From NCBI GenBank assembly GCA_047285535.1, contig JBJBDC010000001.1, positions 992,136 to 1,056,135 of the forward strand: 64,000 nt of DNA. Reading direction: 5' to 3'. This stretch comes from Synechococcus sp. (lineage in GTDB: Bacteria; Cyanobacteriota; Cyanobacteriia; PCC-6307; Cyanobiaceae). The notes under the pieces were generated by a model. That model did not search any database. It was not told where the DNA came from and saw only the letters and a list, made by a program, of their open reading frames with translations. Each line of letters opens with the position of its first letter. Position 1 is the stretch's first letter. Positions 51,666 to 62,190 of the stretch are shown piece after piece. The translations under genes were made by a program, and so were the position numbers.

Positions 51666-52448
51666 TTGACATCTTGGTGGGAACTACCAATCTTAATTGG
51701 CCTTGGACTCTTAGCAGGAGGCTTAGCTGGATTTCTAGGCATCGGCGGAGGCCTGATCTTTGCTCCTCTGCTGCTTTGGCTCAACCTGCCACCTCATCAA
51801 GCGGTCGCCACTAGCAGCTTTGCAATTGTGCCAACAGCACTAGCAGGAACAATCATTCACCTAAAGAGCGGAAGTCTCCCAACAAAGCAAGGCTTAGCCG
51901 TTGGATTAGGAGGGTTTGGCTCAGCCTTCTTATTCGGAGGACTGGCCGGCCTTGCCGCTGGATGGATGCTGTTAACAATGCAAACCGCCATGTATGTGTT
52001 TTTAGCTTTATGCGTGCGAGAGCAACCAGAAGAAGAAGAAGAAGAAAGAAAAGCTGATTCAGAGATTGAAGAAACCTCAGCTCTCCTTTTGGTTGGCGTG
52101 GGCTGTATCGCAGGTTGGACAACAGGCATGCTGGGGCTTGGCGGCGGTCTTGTACTGGTACCCCTCATGAGTGGGCCGATGGCAGTACCGATTCATCAAG
52201 CAATTCGACTCAGCACAGTGGCTGTACTTTGCTCCGCCAGTGCAGCGTCACTGCAATTTTTGCACGAAGGAAGAGGAATTCCCTGGATGGGGCTCATGCT
52301 GGGAGGTGTTGCTGCAGTGGCCGCCCAATGGGCAGCTAGACAACTAGATCTTTTTAGTTCCTCTGTCTTGGTCCGCTGCCTTAGAGGACTGGCCATTGTC
52401 TTGGCCATTGACAGTTGCCGACGCGCTCTTCAGTTAGCACTGAATTAA
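51666..52448 (+). CDS. TauE/SafE (TSUP) family exporter
   Basis: Duplicated GFLGIGGG / GMLGLGGG motifs; multi-TM. Confidence 0.88.
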   Translation: MTSWWELPILIGLGLLAGGLAGFLGIGGGLIFAPLLLWLNLPPHQAVATSSFAIVPTALAGTIIHLKSGSLPTKQGLAVGLGGFGSAFLFGGLAGLAAGWMLLTMQTAMYVFLALCVREQPEEEEEERKADSEIEETSALLLVGVGCIAGWTTGMLGLGGGLVLVPLMSGPMAVPIHQAIRLSTVAVLCSASAASLQFLHEGRGIPWMGLMLGGVAAVAAQWAARQLDLFSSSVLVRCLRGLAIVLAIDSCRRALQLALN

Positions 52449-53221
52449 AAACCCAATCAAGATGACTTCATCCCATCGGCTCGGCGCGAAATGCTATAAA
52501 AAGTGTTTTCAATCTTTTTAAACATTTGCACCGCCACGCAAATGCACTGATAGTGAAAATTCAAACAATTTCAATCTAAAAGCAGGTCCGATACGAATGT
52601 TAAAAGCCAATTAATTCATAGCATCAACAAGCGCAATTAAGGAATTTAGATTTTACAAGGCAAGACATCGTGTTCGAATAGCAGATTCGAAACAGCAGAG
52701 TTTATTATACCGAGACATCCTGGAATTGAGCTCAAATCAAGGTCCTGCAAATCACCAATAGACATCAATTGATTCCGCTCTATTCGTCACAAGGAATCAA
52801 TAACAGAAGGGCTTACACCTGAACCTCAAACAGTTCAAGCCCAACAAAAACAACAAGAGATCCAATTTTAGCTCTTACAAAGGGAAGCAGTCATTTCAAG
52901 GACGTAATAAATCCAACAATAGAATCACATCAAGATCCCATGAGATCACACGCTTAGCTCCATAGAGACAACAATCAGATCAAGGACTCAGTCACATGAA
53001 GCCAAATCCAATACTAGAGCCAATCACTTCAAAACATCAAACACCATAATCTACAAAAGCCAGTAATCCGATCAAATTCAAGCAATAAAATCAACATACA
53101 TTTAAAAACATAAAAGCAAGAGAGTCGAGAACAATTCAAACAACAATCGACTCAATTGCAATCCAAATCTTGCATAATCATCATCATACAGCCAGACTAG
53201 GGTTGAAATAAACAAGCTCAG

Positions 53222-53389
53222 ATGACAAACGCATCGGAACAAGGAAAGGATTATTGGATCGAAGAGATTGCCTTCCTTGAGGCACGGCTCAATGGAAGTC
53301 AGGGGGAGATCGATTCTGAGGATCGATCAGCATGCGAAGAAGCGCTTAAAAAAGCCAAAGCAAACCTCTCAGCCTTGAACAGACATTAG
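53222..53389 (+). CDS. 55-aa conserved hypothetical protein (absent from ORF track)
   Basis: MTNASEQGKDYWIEEIAFLEARLNGSQGEIDSEDRSACEEALKKAKANLSALNRH*. Confidence 0.65.
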   Translation: MTNASEQGKDYWIEEIAFLEARLNGSQGEIDSEDRSACEEALKKAKANLSALNRH

Positions 53390-53613
53390 ACAACAAAATC
53401 ATAGGCGGCACTCAACGTCATATTAATTTCAACCTATAAGAATCACTTCGTTGAAGATCTATGCCAGCATATGTTTGAACGCCTTCTTTTTACGTCGTAG
53501 CGCCAATACTTCAAACAAAAAACACAGTCGGGACGCTGAGGGAGAGAAGGGCAATCACTTGTAAGTTTTAATCGGTCAAGGAGTGGGGCAGATGCCTCAA
53601 CGCGCCGCTTAGA

Positions 53614-53642
53614 AACTCTCAATCCAATCAGGATTGAGAGTT
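53614..53642. repeat. Perfect 12-bp inverted repeat
   Basis: aactctcaatcc-aatca-ggattgagagtt. Confidence 0.7.
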
Positions 53643-53781
53643 CAATTCATGATCCTTTCCAACAGAGGCCCATCAATAAGGAAATAATGAAGGCCCACAA
53701 TCAGGTGTTGGCCAATCGGGTGCTAACACTTCGACAGGTCATGAGCTGCGGCATGGTTGAGACCTGAAACCCATCTGCGAA

Positions 53782-54285
53782 ATGCGTCAAGGCTTGTTGA
53801 TTGCGCTGCTCCTATCAATGTTCTTAGTGGCCACGGAGCCGGTTCTTGCCTCTGAGCTGAGGCTGAGTGAGGTGGCACTAGCGCCTTGCGATATCAAAGA
53901 TCCAGGAGCACAGCCAGTACAAGCGCTTGGGAACACTCGCAACAACATCACAAGCCCAGAGGGAGCCAGTTGCTACGTGCTGAGCGGTACCGTCGAAAAT
54001 CCCAGCAAACGAGCTGTCGTCGATACAGATGTCTATGCACGCATCCTTGATCGCAGTGGTGAGCCGGTTCTGCAAAACCGCACACGCGTTGGATCAATCG
54101 GCGATGTGGACCCAGGGTCGCACCCATTCGCCCTTCGACTGGCTGTACCAAACGGCACTCCAGGTCCATTCGAAGTCAAGAATCCCCGAGCACGAGGATT
54201 CAAAGCGCCCGTTCGGAGTCGCGCCAGTGGCAACGAGGAATTGCTACCACTTGAACAAAAAGTAGTAACGACGACCAAGGATTGA
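53782..54285 (+). CDS. Secreted hypothetical protein (Ig-like)
   Basis: Signal peptide VLA; CYVLSGTVENP...DTDVYARILD.SGEPVLQNRTRVGSIGDV. Confidence 0.75.
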   Translation: MRQGLLIALLLSMFLVATEPVLASELRLSEVALAPCDIKDPGAQPVQALGNTRNNITSPEGASCYVLSGTVENPSKRAVVDTDVYARILDRSGEPVLQNRTRVGSIGDVDPGSHPFALRLAVPNGTPGPFEVKNPRARGFKAPVRSRASGNEELLPLEQKVVTTTKD

Positions 54286-54287
54286 GC

Positions 54288-54464
54288 ATGAATTCCCCAA
54301 TCAGATCTGGACTCACACTTCTTGGCTTACTCGTCATAATGATGATCATTATCCTCAACCCCAGAACAGTTAATCAAGAATCTCCACTTCGCTCAATCAG
54401 AGATAATCGAATGATGCCTCGCAACAGCATGCGCAGGCTAAGAGAAGATCGCATTCGAGATTAA
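54288..54464 (+). CDS. Small single-TM protein
   Basis: Directly follows the previous gene; TM plus basic tail. Confidence 0.5.
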   Translation: MNSPIRSGLTLLGLLVIMMIIILNPRTVNQESPLRSIRDNRMMPRNSMRRLREDRIRD

Positions 54465-54575
54465 TCAACACACGTCTCGATTCGCTACCCCACTAAACAA
54501 ATAATAGTCAAGGCTAAAATTCAGCAAATTCGACTGATAATATTTCAACCGCAGTTAGAAAATCGAGTTGTATTT

Positions 54576-55235
54576 TCAATTGATATCAAACAACGATCCC
54601 TGAACAGCCGACAAGAATGGTTTGCCTCCCTTCGATTGGCAGGTCTCCACGATCCAACCTTGAGGATCCCAACCAGTCAGCAGCGGTTCTAAGGCCCTAA
54701 GTTCATTGCCATCCGCAACGTCTAACCACGCTTCCTCAAGACCGTCAGGAATCAGCACCGGCATCCGTTCATGCAGAGGTTGGATTAATTTATTCGCTGC
54801 CGTGGTGAGAATCGTGCAGGTATCCAGCTCACTTCCATCAGCTCCAAGCCAACGCTCCCACAAACCAGCGAGCCAAAACGGACGTCGATCAAAACGGCGT
54901 ACAAATTGATTTTTCTCGAAAAATCCAGTTGCCGGAATGAGACATCTACGGTGACGCCAGGCAGATCTGAAACTTGCTTTCTCTGACACCGTCTCCGAGC
55001 GAGCATTGATTGGTCTTGGCCCCACGGAGGGATCTTTCGACCAGGAGGGAATCAAACCCCAGAGCATCAGCGCAGCTTCGGTCTTTCTCTCATCCTGACG
55101 CAATCCCAACACGGGTTCAGAAGGGAGAATCAGATCCCGCGGCGCGTAGCGCAATAGATGCACATCAGACATCTGCTCCCGAATGGACTCCGGCAGCGCA
55201 GCGGCATCGGTGGTGAGTGCAAAACGACCACACAT
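54576..55235 (-). CDS. SOS response-associated peptidase (SRAP/YedK/HMCES)
   Basis: N-terminal MCGRF, WGLIPSW, INARSET, RRCLIPATGFFE, LHERMPV. Confidence 0.93.
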   Translation of the reverse strand: MCGRFALTTDAAALPESIREQMSDVHLLRYAPRDLILPSEPVLGLRQDERKTEAALMLWGLIPSWSKDPSVGPRPINARSETVSEKASFRSAWRHRRCLIPATGFFEKNQFVRRFDRRPFWLAGLWERWLGADGSELDTCTILTTAANKLIQPLHERMPVLIPDGLEEAWLDVADGNELRALEPLLTGWDPQGWIVETCQSKGGKPFLSAVQGSLFDIN

Positions 55236-55380
55236 AGCCTCCATCATCAAGCGCTGCAGTCACGGAAGAAGGATCAGGCTCGCCAGAATTATCAGATCTT
55301 TAGTGATGAAATCGATGCTTCCTCCCAACCCATTCTGTTTAATCAGCGCAGGCAAAGTTGCTGGCCTTAAAGCCACCGTC

Positions 55381-55551
55381 ATGATCCTGCTGATCATGCT
55401 GATGAAATCCAAGCTTCTTCGAGTGAAGATGTCACTACTTGGCTCACTGATTGGCTTCACCCTGTTAGTTGGCTTTTTGCTCACCACTGGAATTCTGACG
55501 CTCGTCGCAGGTGGAGCAATCGTCTTCGCTGCTAAGAAGCAGAACAGTTAA
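55381..55551 (+). CDS. Small membrane protein
   Basis: SLLGSLIGFTLLVGFLLTTGILTLVAGG hydrophobic hairpin. Confidence 0.55.
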   Translation: MILLIMLMKSKLLRVKMSLLGSLIGFTLLVGFLLTTGILTLVAGGAIVFAAKKQNS

Positions 55552-55589
55552 CTTGCCTAGACCTGATCTGAAGTCCCTAAAAACGGCCA

Positions 55590-56468
55590 TCAACCCAGTT
55601 CCAAACAGGCAAGAGCAAACACATCGTCTAAAGATACTTTGGGTAAATGACCTCTATACATTCTGACTGTTTCCGACTCAACCACAAAACCCAATGCAGA
55701 CATCAGATCACTCGCGGAGGCATTCAATCCAGGAGTATCAATCAACAACACACCTGAATGAAGGTGCTGCAGCCGGCCAATGAGGTAAGAAGCCAAAGCG
55801 GTGGAATCTGCAAGAAGCGGACCAATGCGCCAACCTTGGCCTGTCTTCAACAAGCATGGACGAATCCTGCCGAAGCCATGACAGATTCCTCGTTCATCAA
55901 CAAGCGCGAGCACCTGACCTGATGGGTGACCAAGCCAATCGGCAAGGAAATGGGGCCTCGGACTGAGTTCTCGCTGAGCGTCATAAACCTGCACAGCTGC
56001 TGTAGGGACATCACTCCCCCCAACCACGCGCAATCCTTTGGGAAGTTCGCGTGCGGCGGCAATGCAATCACCCTTTGACCAACGCCAACGTGTAGTTAAT
56101 GAAGATGATTCAAAGCCCCATGATGCGTAATCAACAATTCGCGAGGGTGCCGCCTCTAAACCGATACAAGTAAGATCGGATAGATGCCTCAGAGCATGTT
56201 TCCAAAGCTCTCGTCCGTATCCATGACCTCGATGCTGAGGAACGACGAGATATAAACCGATAAATCCGTAGTCCAGGTTGTAACGAACCCCTGCAATGCA
56301 TCCCACAGGCTCTTGATCAAGCCAGGCAATCCATAACCCTTGGCGATCAGTATGGCGATATATCTCGAAGTCACCAAACCCCGGAGCGAATCCCTCTCTT
56401 CGAGACCACTCCATCACAACTGGAATTTGTTCCAACTCCAATTCGCGTATTCGCAAAACCCCCATCAA
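55590..56468 (-). CDS. GNAT N-acetyltransferase (two-domain, YitH-like)
   Basis: GFIGLYLV.PQHRGHGYG acetyl-CoA motif; WRIGPLLAD; ETVRMYRG. Confidence 0.88.
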   Translation of the reverse strand: MMGVLRIRELELEQIPVVMEWSRREGFAPGFGDFEIYRHTDRQGLWIAWLDQEPVGCIAGVRYNLDYGFIGLYLVVPQHRGHGYGRELWKHALRHLSDLTCIGLEAAPSRIVDYASWGFESSSLTTRWRWSKGDCIAAARELPKGLRVVGGSDVPTAAVQVYDAQRELSPRPHFLADWLGHPSGQVLALVDERGICHGFGRIRPCLLKTGQGWRIGPLLADSTALASYLIGRLQHLHSGVLLIDTPGLNASASDLMSALGFVVESETVRMYRGHLPKVSLDDVFALACLELG

Positions 56469-56911
56469 ACCTGCTCATTGAACTCACCTGAACAATTTTG
56501 AAGAGAAATACTCCGATGAACTCAAAATTCATCTCTGAGCATTCTCGGGAAATCCTCTTGAGACTCATGGGAGCTGAGAGGCTGAGATTTTTTGAACAGC
56601 AGAATTTGTCAAAAATCAATAAACAGGTCAAAAGTCTTCAGGAAATGCGAAAGTGATGGTACGATCAAAAGGTTTATTGTTTGATAATTCATCGAATTGC
56701 GCAATAATTTAGTCTAAATCAAGCAAACTACACCTTGATCGGGACACAACCTTGCGCGAAATGAATATTTTCCAATCACTGATCCGACATACAGAAAGAC
56801 GTACAGCAATACCGAAATCACAGTTATTATCATTTGAATACCATGAATAATGCTTGGGATTAAATAATTTCAATCAGGATTTACACTACCATGATATTCA
56901 AACCCTATTGA

Positions 56912-57403
56912 TCAAGCAACTCCTTCGGAGCCAACAGCATCGCTTGAGACTCCTTGATTCAACTCAAGATCAGGGTTCAGTCGTCGAACAATCAATTCAT
57001 CGACTGAAAAAAGGCCAGGACCCATTGCCAAAACAGCCAACCCAGATGCAAAATAGAGACCTAACAACTCCAACAGATAAATATTAAATCCAGCCGTGAT
57101 GATTGCATGATATATGGCTACTGAAATTGTTCCCACAATCGCTAGTGCGCCAATACGAGTCAAAAACCCTGTAATAAGCAACCAGCTTCCAATCACCTCT
57201 GAAAAAGCCGCAAGGTAAGAAAGCAAAACTGGAAAGGGGAGATGAAGAGGACGCACAAAAGCATCTGCAAAATTATTAATGTTTGCAAGCTTCTCGTAGC
57301 CGTGATGCATTAAGAGCGTTCCTGTGAAAACTCGAAGAATCAAAATTCCAAAATTTGCGGCGAAAGGCTTTGTGGCAAGAGCTCTGAGCACAAGAATCAA
57401 CAT
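56912..57403 (-). CDS. DoxX family membrane protein
   Basis: LILRVFTG...HHGYEKL...E.IG..L..G..TR...GPG.FSVD. Confidence 0.9.
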   Translation of the reverse strand: MLILVLRALATKPFAANFGILILRVFTGTLLMHHGYEKLANINNFADAFVRPLHLPFPVLLSYLAAFSEVIGSWLLITGFLTRIGALAIVGTISVAIYHAIITAGFNIYLLELLGLYFASGLAVLAMGPGLFSVDELIVRRLNPDLELNQGVSSDAVGSEGVA

Positions 57404-57680
57404 TTCTCAATAAACCTTAATCCAAATAGCCTTCAGTCGTGGAAATGGCCGCTCAATGACCCTGCTCTAGGACTAAATACCTAAGGGAAAGCTGTAAAAT
57501 CGGTTTATTTTTTGGCTTATTTATTTATTTTGCGCAGCCAAACACTCAAGCAATGCAACTTTTTTATAACTTTCGACCAGAAATTTAAGGATTTAACTCT
57601 TAACAAGGAAGTCAAATAATAAATCCGAAGGAAATTCCAATATTTTCCAAACAACTTTAAAAATTGATCACCTTTCCGAC

Positions 57681-58100
57681 TCAGTCCACAAAACGCTTAT
57701 ACAACCAACGAACAAATCCTCCCAAAACAGGAACAGGACCAAAAGTGGGAGCTACAAAATCAAAATAATCTCGATGATCAACAACTTTTCCACCGCTATT
57801 CATTCTCAAACGTGTAGTGCCTGGATAAATAAACTCAATACCTCTAATTTGGAGACCCATCTCCCATTCCACAAAAGCAACCTCGCCATCAATCGCTATT
57901 GCGCCAGGAATAAGGTAAACGTCATCGCAGCGTTTCATCAAGCCATCCTGAGCGTCAATAAAGGCCTGAATGCCTTGCCGATCTTGGGTTGGATCTTGAA
58001 AACGAACGTTTATGTCATAGAGCTCTCTCCACTGAGTTTCCGTCGGTGCTTGCTGGCCGTAAGACTTGGTGAATAAAGCCTTTAATTGTTCATGATCCAA
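57681..58100 (-). CDS. SnoaL/NTF2-like protein
   Basis: V.FQDPT, G.TRL, VVDHRDYFD. Confidence 0.85.
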   Translation of the reverse strand: MDHEQLKALFTKSYGQQAPTETQWRELYDINVRFQDPTQDRQGIQAFIDAQDGLMKRCDDVYLIPGAIAIDGEVAFVEWEMGLQIRGIEFIYPGTTRLRMNSGGKVVDHRDYFDFVAPTFGPVPVLGGFVRWLYKRFVD

Positions 58101-58183
58101 AGGTTCAGCCTCAAGGGTGACCTAAGCCTATGCATTGAAACACAATCTCTGCGTAGGCTGATCAAAGCGTAGGTTGAACACTC

Positions 58184-58402
58184 GTGCCACGTCCAACGTT
58201 CCAGTACGAACCCTTAGAAAGTTTCGGGGAAGGTCTAACCACTCAGCGTCCCTGGAACCAAGGATCTCTTCTGTTCGTAGAACGGATGAACGGACGAACT
58301 GCCATGGTGGGATTTGCTGCTTCGATCATTGGCGAATTGATCAGCGGACATGGACCAGCAGGTCAAATAGCTGATGTAGTTCGCTGGTATTTGTCCCTCT
58401 GA
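58184..58402 (+). CDS. hli: High-light-inducible protein (one-helix CAB-like)
   Basis: ERMNGRTAMVGF...IGELISGHG. Confidence 0.9.
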   Translation: MPRPTFQYEPLESFGEGLTTQRPWNQGSLLFVERMNGRTAMVGFAASIIGELISGHGPAGQIADVVRWYLSL

Positions 58403-58804
58403 TTGAAATTCAACAAGGATTCATCGTTTTCCTAGCTCAACTTAAGGCTTCCAAGGATCAGAAAAAAGGATCTCAACATTGCATCTACACCATAGTCGCA
58501 TAAGATTAAAAGCAAGACTAAAAATATATTGAGTCAAATTTTTGATGCGAAATTCGTAATTTCAATCGATCCAAGCAGATATGCAAATCAACTTAACTTG
58601 AGCAATGATAACTCAAACATCAAGCCATCTCAGGGCAAAGAAAATCCTTAAAAACGAACACTTGTTCATTTCCTACTCCAGAACAAACAAAGCAAATCAG
58701 GTCCAACTTCTAAGCTGGTTTCACCACCCATAAAAACAGAATAGGTAGTCCATAAAACAGAAGGCTTGCCAGCCCGCCCAATCACGATCACCGACAACAA
58801 ACAT

Positions 58805-60064
58805 CTAAGTCATCAAAAACGGCCTGGGATCCTGATCGAAACGATGATCAAACGGCAAAGGGGCAGGCTGAGCCTCACCATCTAGAGCTGCCGTTGTCTC
58901 AAGAGCCTTCCGCAACAAACGCGCACTAAGCAAAGGCATATCTCTCGGGACCGAAATTCGATCTCTTAAATAACGCAAACCAGATGCCGAGTCTGGGTTT
59001 GGTTGGCAGACCTCACCAGTGATCATGTAAGTCAGCGCTGCCCTCAGCGGCTGATCAAATTCAGGACCAATAGGATTCCGTGCCATCACGGCAGAGCGAT
59101 GACGCAGCACCCTCTCTAACGCCCTGGATTGAGGCATCACCCCCTCATCACCCATCTGAGCCGACCAACAACTCTCAAGTTCACCGAGACCGATGCCCTG
59201 ATCCACCGCACGAGCCATGTCCTGCTGTTCGGGGCTGCCATTGCTCCAGCACCCCCCCATTTGGGGAGGCAAGTCATGGGCATGAGTGTGGAAGTCACTC
59301 TGGGTGCCGCGATACGTATCCAGCTGCTCAAGAGCTTTTAACCATTGGTTAATTGCTGGATGCTTTTGACGCAACGCAAACCCCTTGAAGTAAGCCAGTG
59401 AGGCATTCATCCGCTCCACGTAAGGAATAAACACCAGGTCGGCCGTACCTGGTTGCGCAGCGCATGGATCCTCCGGGTCAAGCCAATGGCCACCTCCAAC
59501 CAAAAGGGCAGCTTCCATCTCACGAGCCACTTTTTGGAATTGATCGCGTGCCTGATCCTCCTGACGCCTAGTCATTCTGGGAGTACATAACCACAGGCAC
59601 CAAGAACGAAATAACAAGCGCTCAAGATCGCGTAAACGGCGCACACGAAGGTCATGCATGCCAACGCCCACTGAGCCAAAGGCATGTTCCAAAGCTTCAA
59701 GGATGCGATCACTTTCAGTGAGCAGTCGTCCATCAAGCTCAAGGGCCGGAAGCATTCCTGATGGAACCTTGGTCGTAAACCAGGGCTCCTTCGGCCCGTA
59801 GCAGCGCATCGTGACTTTTCTGATCCGATAAGGAACTCGGCGAAACTCCAACCACAGCCAGACCTTCTGGCAGTAGGGGCACCAAGCGTGGTGATCACGG
59901 AACAACGTCACCCGCACCTGAGACTCGGACTGGCCAAACAAACGCAACGTGGCTTGTGCATTGGCTGAGCCTTCAAAACGCTCAGCAGCATTTGGAGCCA
60001 GGTCTTCAAGCTCGTTCCAGCTAAGGGCCAAGGATTCAGCGAGCAGATCGGCCATAGCCCCCAT
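58805..60064 (-). CDS. Glutathione S-transferase family protein (Cys-type, CPYC)
   Basis: HHAWCPYCQKVW, VPSGMLPA, TESD, PYVERM. Confidence 0.88.
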   Translation of the reverse strand: MGAMADLLAESLALSWNELEDLAPNAAERFEGSANAQATLRLFGQSESQVRVTLFRDHHAWCPYCQKVWLWLEFRRVPYRIRKVTMRCYGPKEPWFTTKVPSGMLPALELDGRLLTESDRILEALEHAFGSVGVGMHDLRVRRLRDLERLLFRSWCLWLCTPRMTRRQEDQARDQFQKVAREMEAALLVGGGHWLDPEDPCAAQPGTADLVFIPYVERMNASLAYFKGFALRQKHPAINQWLKALEQLDTYRGTQSDFHTHAHDLPPQMGGCWSNGSPEQQDMARAVDQGIGLGELESCWSAQMGDEGVMPQSRALERVLRHRSAVMARNPIGPEFDQPLRAALTYMITGEVCQPNPDSASGLRYLRDRISVPRDMPLLSARLLRKALETTAALDGEAQPAPLPFDHRFDQDPRPFLMT

Positions 60065-60090
60065 TCAGATCTACTCATGATCGAGGATCA

Positions 60091-60351
60091 CTACTCCTTC
60101 AAAGAGGTCCCAAGGGCGTATTCCCTAACCTCCTCAGTGGAGTGGAGCATCGGCTGGCCACCCTTGAGGAACCAGACTTCAAGGCGCGCATCATCAGGAG
60201 CCTCGAAAACGTAGAACTCAAAAGGCATCACAACTTTTTCGCAAAAAAAGTGCCTTTCGCCAATGCATTTAACAATGACCATTTTCGATGAATTATTCTG
60301 ATAGCAATATTCACCCATTAAAGAAATTAACTCACTATCAATAAACATCAC
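60091..60351 (-). CDS. DUF1830 domain protein
   Basis: YCYQNNSSKMVIVKC...EKVVMP...FEAP..A.LEV. Confidence 0.75.
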   Translation of the reverse strand: MMFIDSELISLMGEYCYQNNSSKMVIVKCIGERHFFCEKVVMPFEFYVFEAPDDARLEVWFLKGGQPMLHSTEEVREYALGTSLKE

Positions 60352-60455
60352 CTAAAAGAATTAAAAAAATTGTCTAACTCAACACCAAAACAGGAAGATC
60401 TTTAGGATTTTGATCGATTTCCAATACGACGATTTCCTTACTGCGATCCGTTCTG

Positions 60456-60929
60456 ATGAACTTCGACGTTCTCAAATCAAGGGAGCAAGCTGTCCGTCGC
60501 CAAGGCACGGGCTTAAACGGCAGTGATCTATTGGGTTGTTGGACATTGCAAACGGTTTGGTCCAAGGGCAATCAAAAAGCCAATGCATTCAGCGGATGGA
60601 TGCTGCGAAACCTGAATGCCCGCCTAGAGATCAGAGAGGGTTCACAAGTAGGGGGCCGAAATTTACGTCTTTGTAACGCTATAAATTTGGGACCCATTGA
60701 ACTCAAATTTGAAGGCCCAGGTTCGTTGCAGGGAAAGCGCCCGTTGCTGGTCTTTCACTTTGAATCGCTGTCGGTCAGCATCGCTGGAGTTGGCTTAATC
60801 ACGAAAGAACTGCCAACTCCACCACCTCAACGCGCACCTTTTTTTGCTCTGATCGAACGCAACACTGATGGGTGGTTGGCAGCCCGTGGACGGGGCGGCG
60901 GACTCGCCCTATGGAGACTCAAGGATTGA
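60456..60929 (+). CDS. Conserved hypothetical protein (lipocalin/fibrillin-like)
   Basis: LLGCWTL...PFFALI...WLAARGRGGGLALW. Confidence 0.7.
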   Translation: MNFDVLKSREQAVRRQGTGLNGSDLLGCWTLQTVWSKGNQKANAFSGWMLRNLNARLEIREGSQVGGRNLRLCNAINLGPIELKFEGPGSLQGKRPLLVFHFESLSVSIAGVGLITKELPTPPPQRAPFFALIERNTDGWLAARGRGGGLALWRLKD

Positions 60930-61487
60930 GCCTTTGTTCTTGCCCATGAGTGGCTGATGTCCATCAACGTCTTCGATGGGGATGAGGCTTTAGGTCAAGC
61001 TTCTCCACTTGAGGCAAGGAGATCCGAAGCAGGAGTCAATGCTCTGGAATGACTGACTGTTCTGACACCTCCTCAGGCCAGGACCCTTGAGCTTCAAAAG
61101 GATGTCCTGGAAAGGGCCAAGCCCAAACCGATCGTCCAGCCGGCGAAAGTCGATTCCAATGGTGATCTAAAGCCACAGTTTCCACTGGCGTCGTGATCAG
61201 TTTGGCCGAACCGCGAAGCCGAAACTGTTCATGAGACTTACGCAACAACCAACACAACTCAACCGGCGGGGCTATCTCGAGCTCCATGCACTTGTGGCTA
61301 CGAGCATGTGTGAGCAGATCCAACACATCAGCGGAGCTCCAATCCCGAAAAACAAGCGTGCGCACTCTCGGGCTGCCATCCATCGCCAGACTGGCCATCA
61401 GCAACAAACATCCGGGGCCCGGCCCTCCCTTTGTCGTGCCACCTAGAGCATGGGTCTCCAAGTAGGGAGTGGCTCAGCAGCATGCAT
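60919..61487 (-). pseudogene. Pyridoxamine 5'-phosphate oxidase-like FMN-binding protein pseudogene
   Basis: PTWRPML* (TAG 61443-61445) then ARQREGR; frameshift to DGSPRVRTLVFR...EQFRLRG; further TGA at 61036 and before the WTS...RLNP* end. Confidence 0.8.
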
Positions 61488-61494
61488 TTCAGGT

Positions 61495-62190
61495 TCAATC
61501 TTCACTCTTCAGCCAAGGCTCCAGAAAAGCAAGCGGCTGATTCATCGTCTCCGAGAAGCCCAAGATGCCTTGATCACGATGGACATAGAGAACTGAGTCA
61601 TGCGCATCCAAAAGAAATGTGCCTCCCCGCTGAGTGATGTATGCGTTGCTGGGGACGTAGAGCCTCCAATTCGTCAGAACTTCTTTCATATTGCGAAGAC
61701 GAACCGTGGCCAATTCAAACGGTCGTTGGAAACCACTTCCTCCAGCCAAGCGAAATAGAAATGAATTATCGAAACGTGCTGGAGCACTGCGATCCCCCGT
61801 ATATCCCCTCAGCACCTCAGCAAGGGTGCCGGGTGAGCCGATCCCAGCACACATCAACAAAAGTGAAGGCCAGGGGCCGCCGACCACCTGAAGACCAGGT
61901 GATAGATCAACACTGCGGTGCAAATCCGCATTGGGAACGACTCGAAGTTGAGCCCTGGGGAAGCCTGTGAACCAGCAAAAGCGATCAGCACCTTCCTCAT
62001 TACCGATTGCAATGCCGAAGGGTTGGATGCCTGCTTGCTCCAAACGAGACAGTTCTGGCACGAGGACTTGGGCATATTCCATCGAATCAAAATCGCCCAG
62101 CTGTGTTAAGAGCAAAATCAACCGCTTGACGCCCCGCTCAGGTTCCTGGTTTTCACCAATAAAGTTCAAAAGTTCTGCAGGTGCTCTCAT
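61495..62190 (-). CDS. AhpC/TSA_2 peroxiredoxin-like protein
   Basis: TQLGDFDSMEYA, MCAGIGSPGTL.EVLRGY, QRPFELAT.RL.NM, TQRGGTFL. Confidence 0.85.
   Translation of the reverse strand: MRAPAELLNFIGENQEPERGVKRLILLLTQLGDFDSMEYAQVLVPELSRLEQAGIQPFGIAIGNEEGADRFCWFTGFPRAQLRVVPNADLHRSVDLSPGLQVVGGPWPSLLLMCAGIGSPGTLAEVLRGYTGDRSAPARFDNSFLFRLAGGSGFQRPFELATVRLRNMKEVLTNWRLYVPSNAYITQRGGTFLLDAHDSVLYVHRDQGILGFSETMNQPLAFLEPWLKSED

Noticed and set aside
52028..52047. (GAA)n run as a phase-variable repeat
   Set aside because: In-frame poly-Glu linker in the TauE loop; length change would not shift frame
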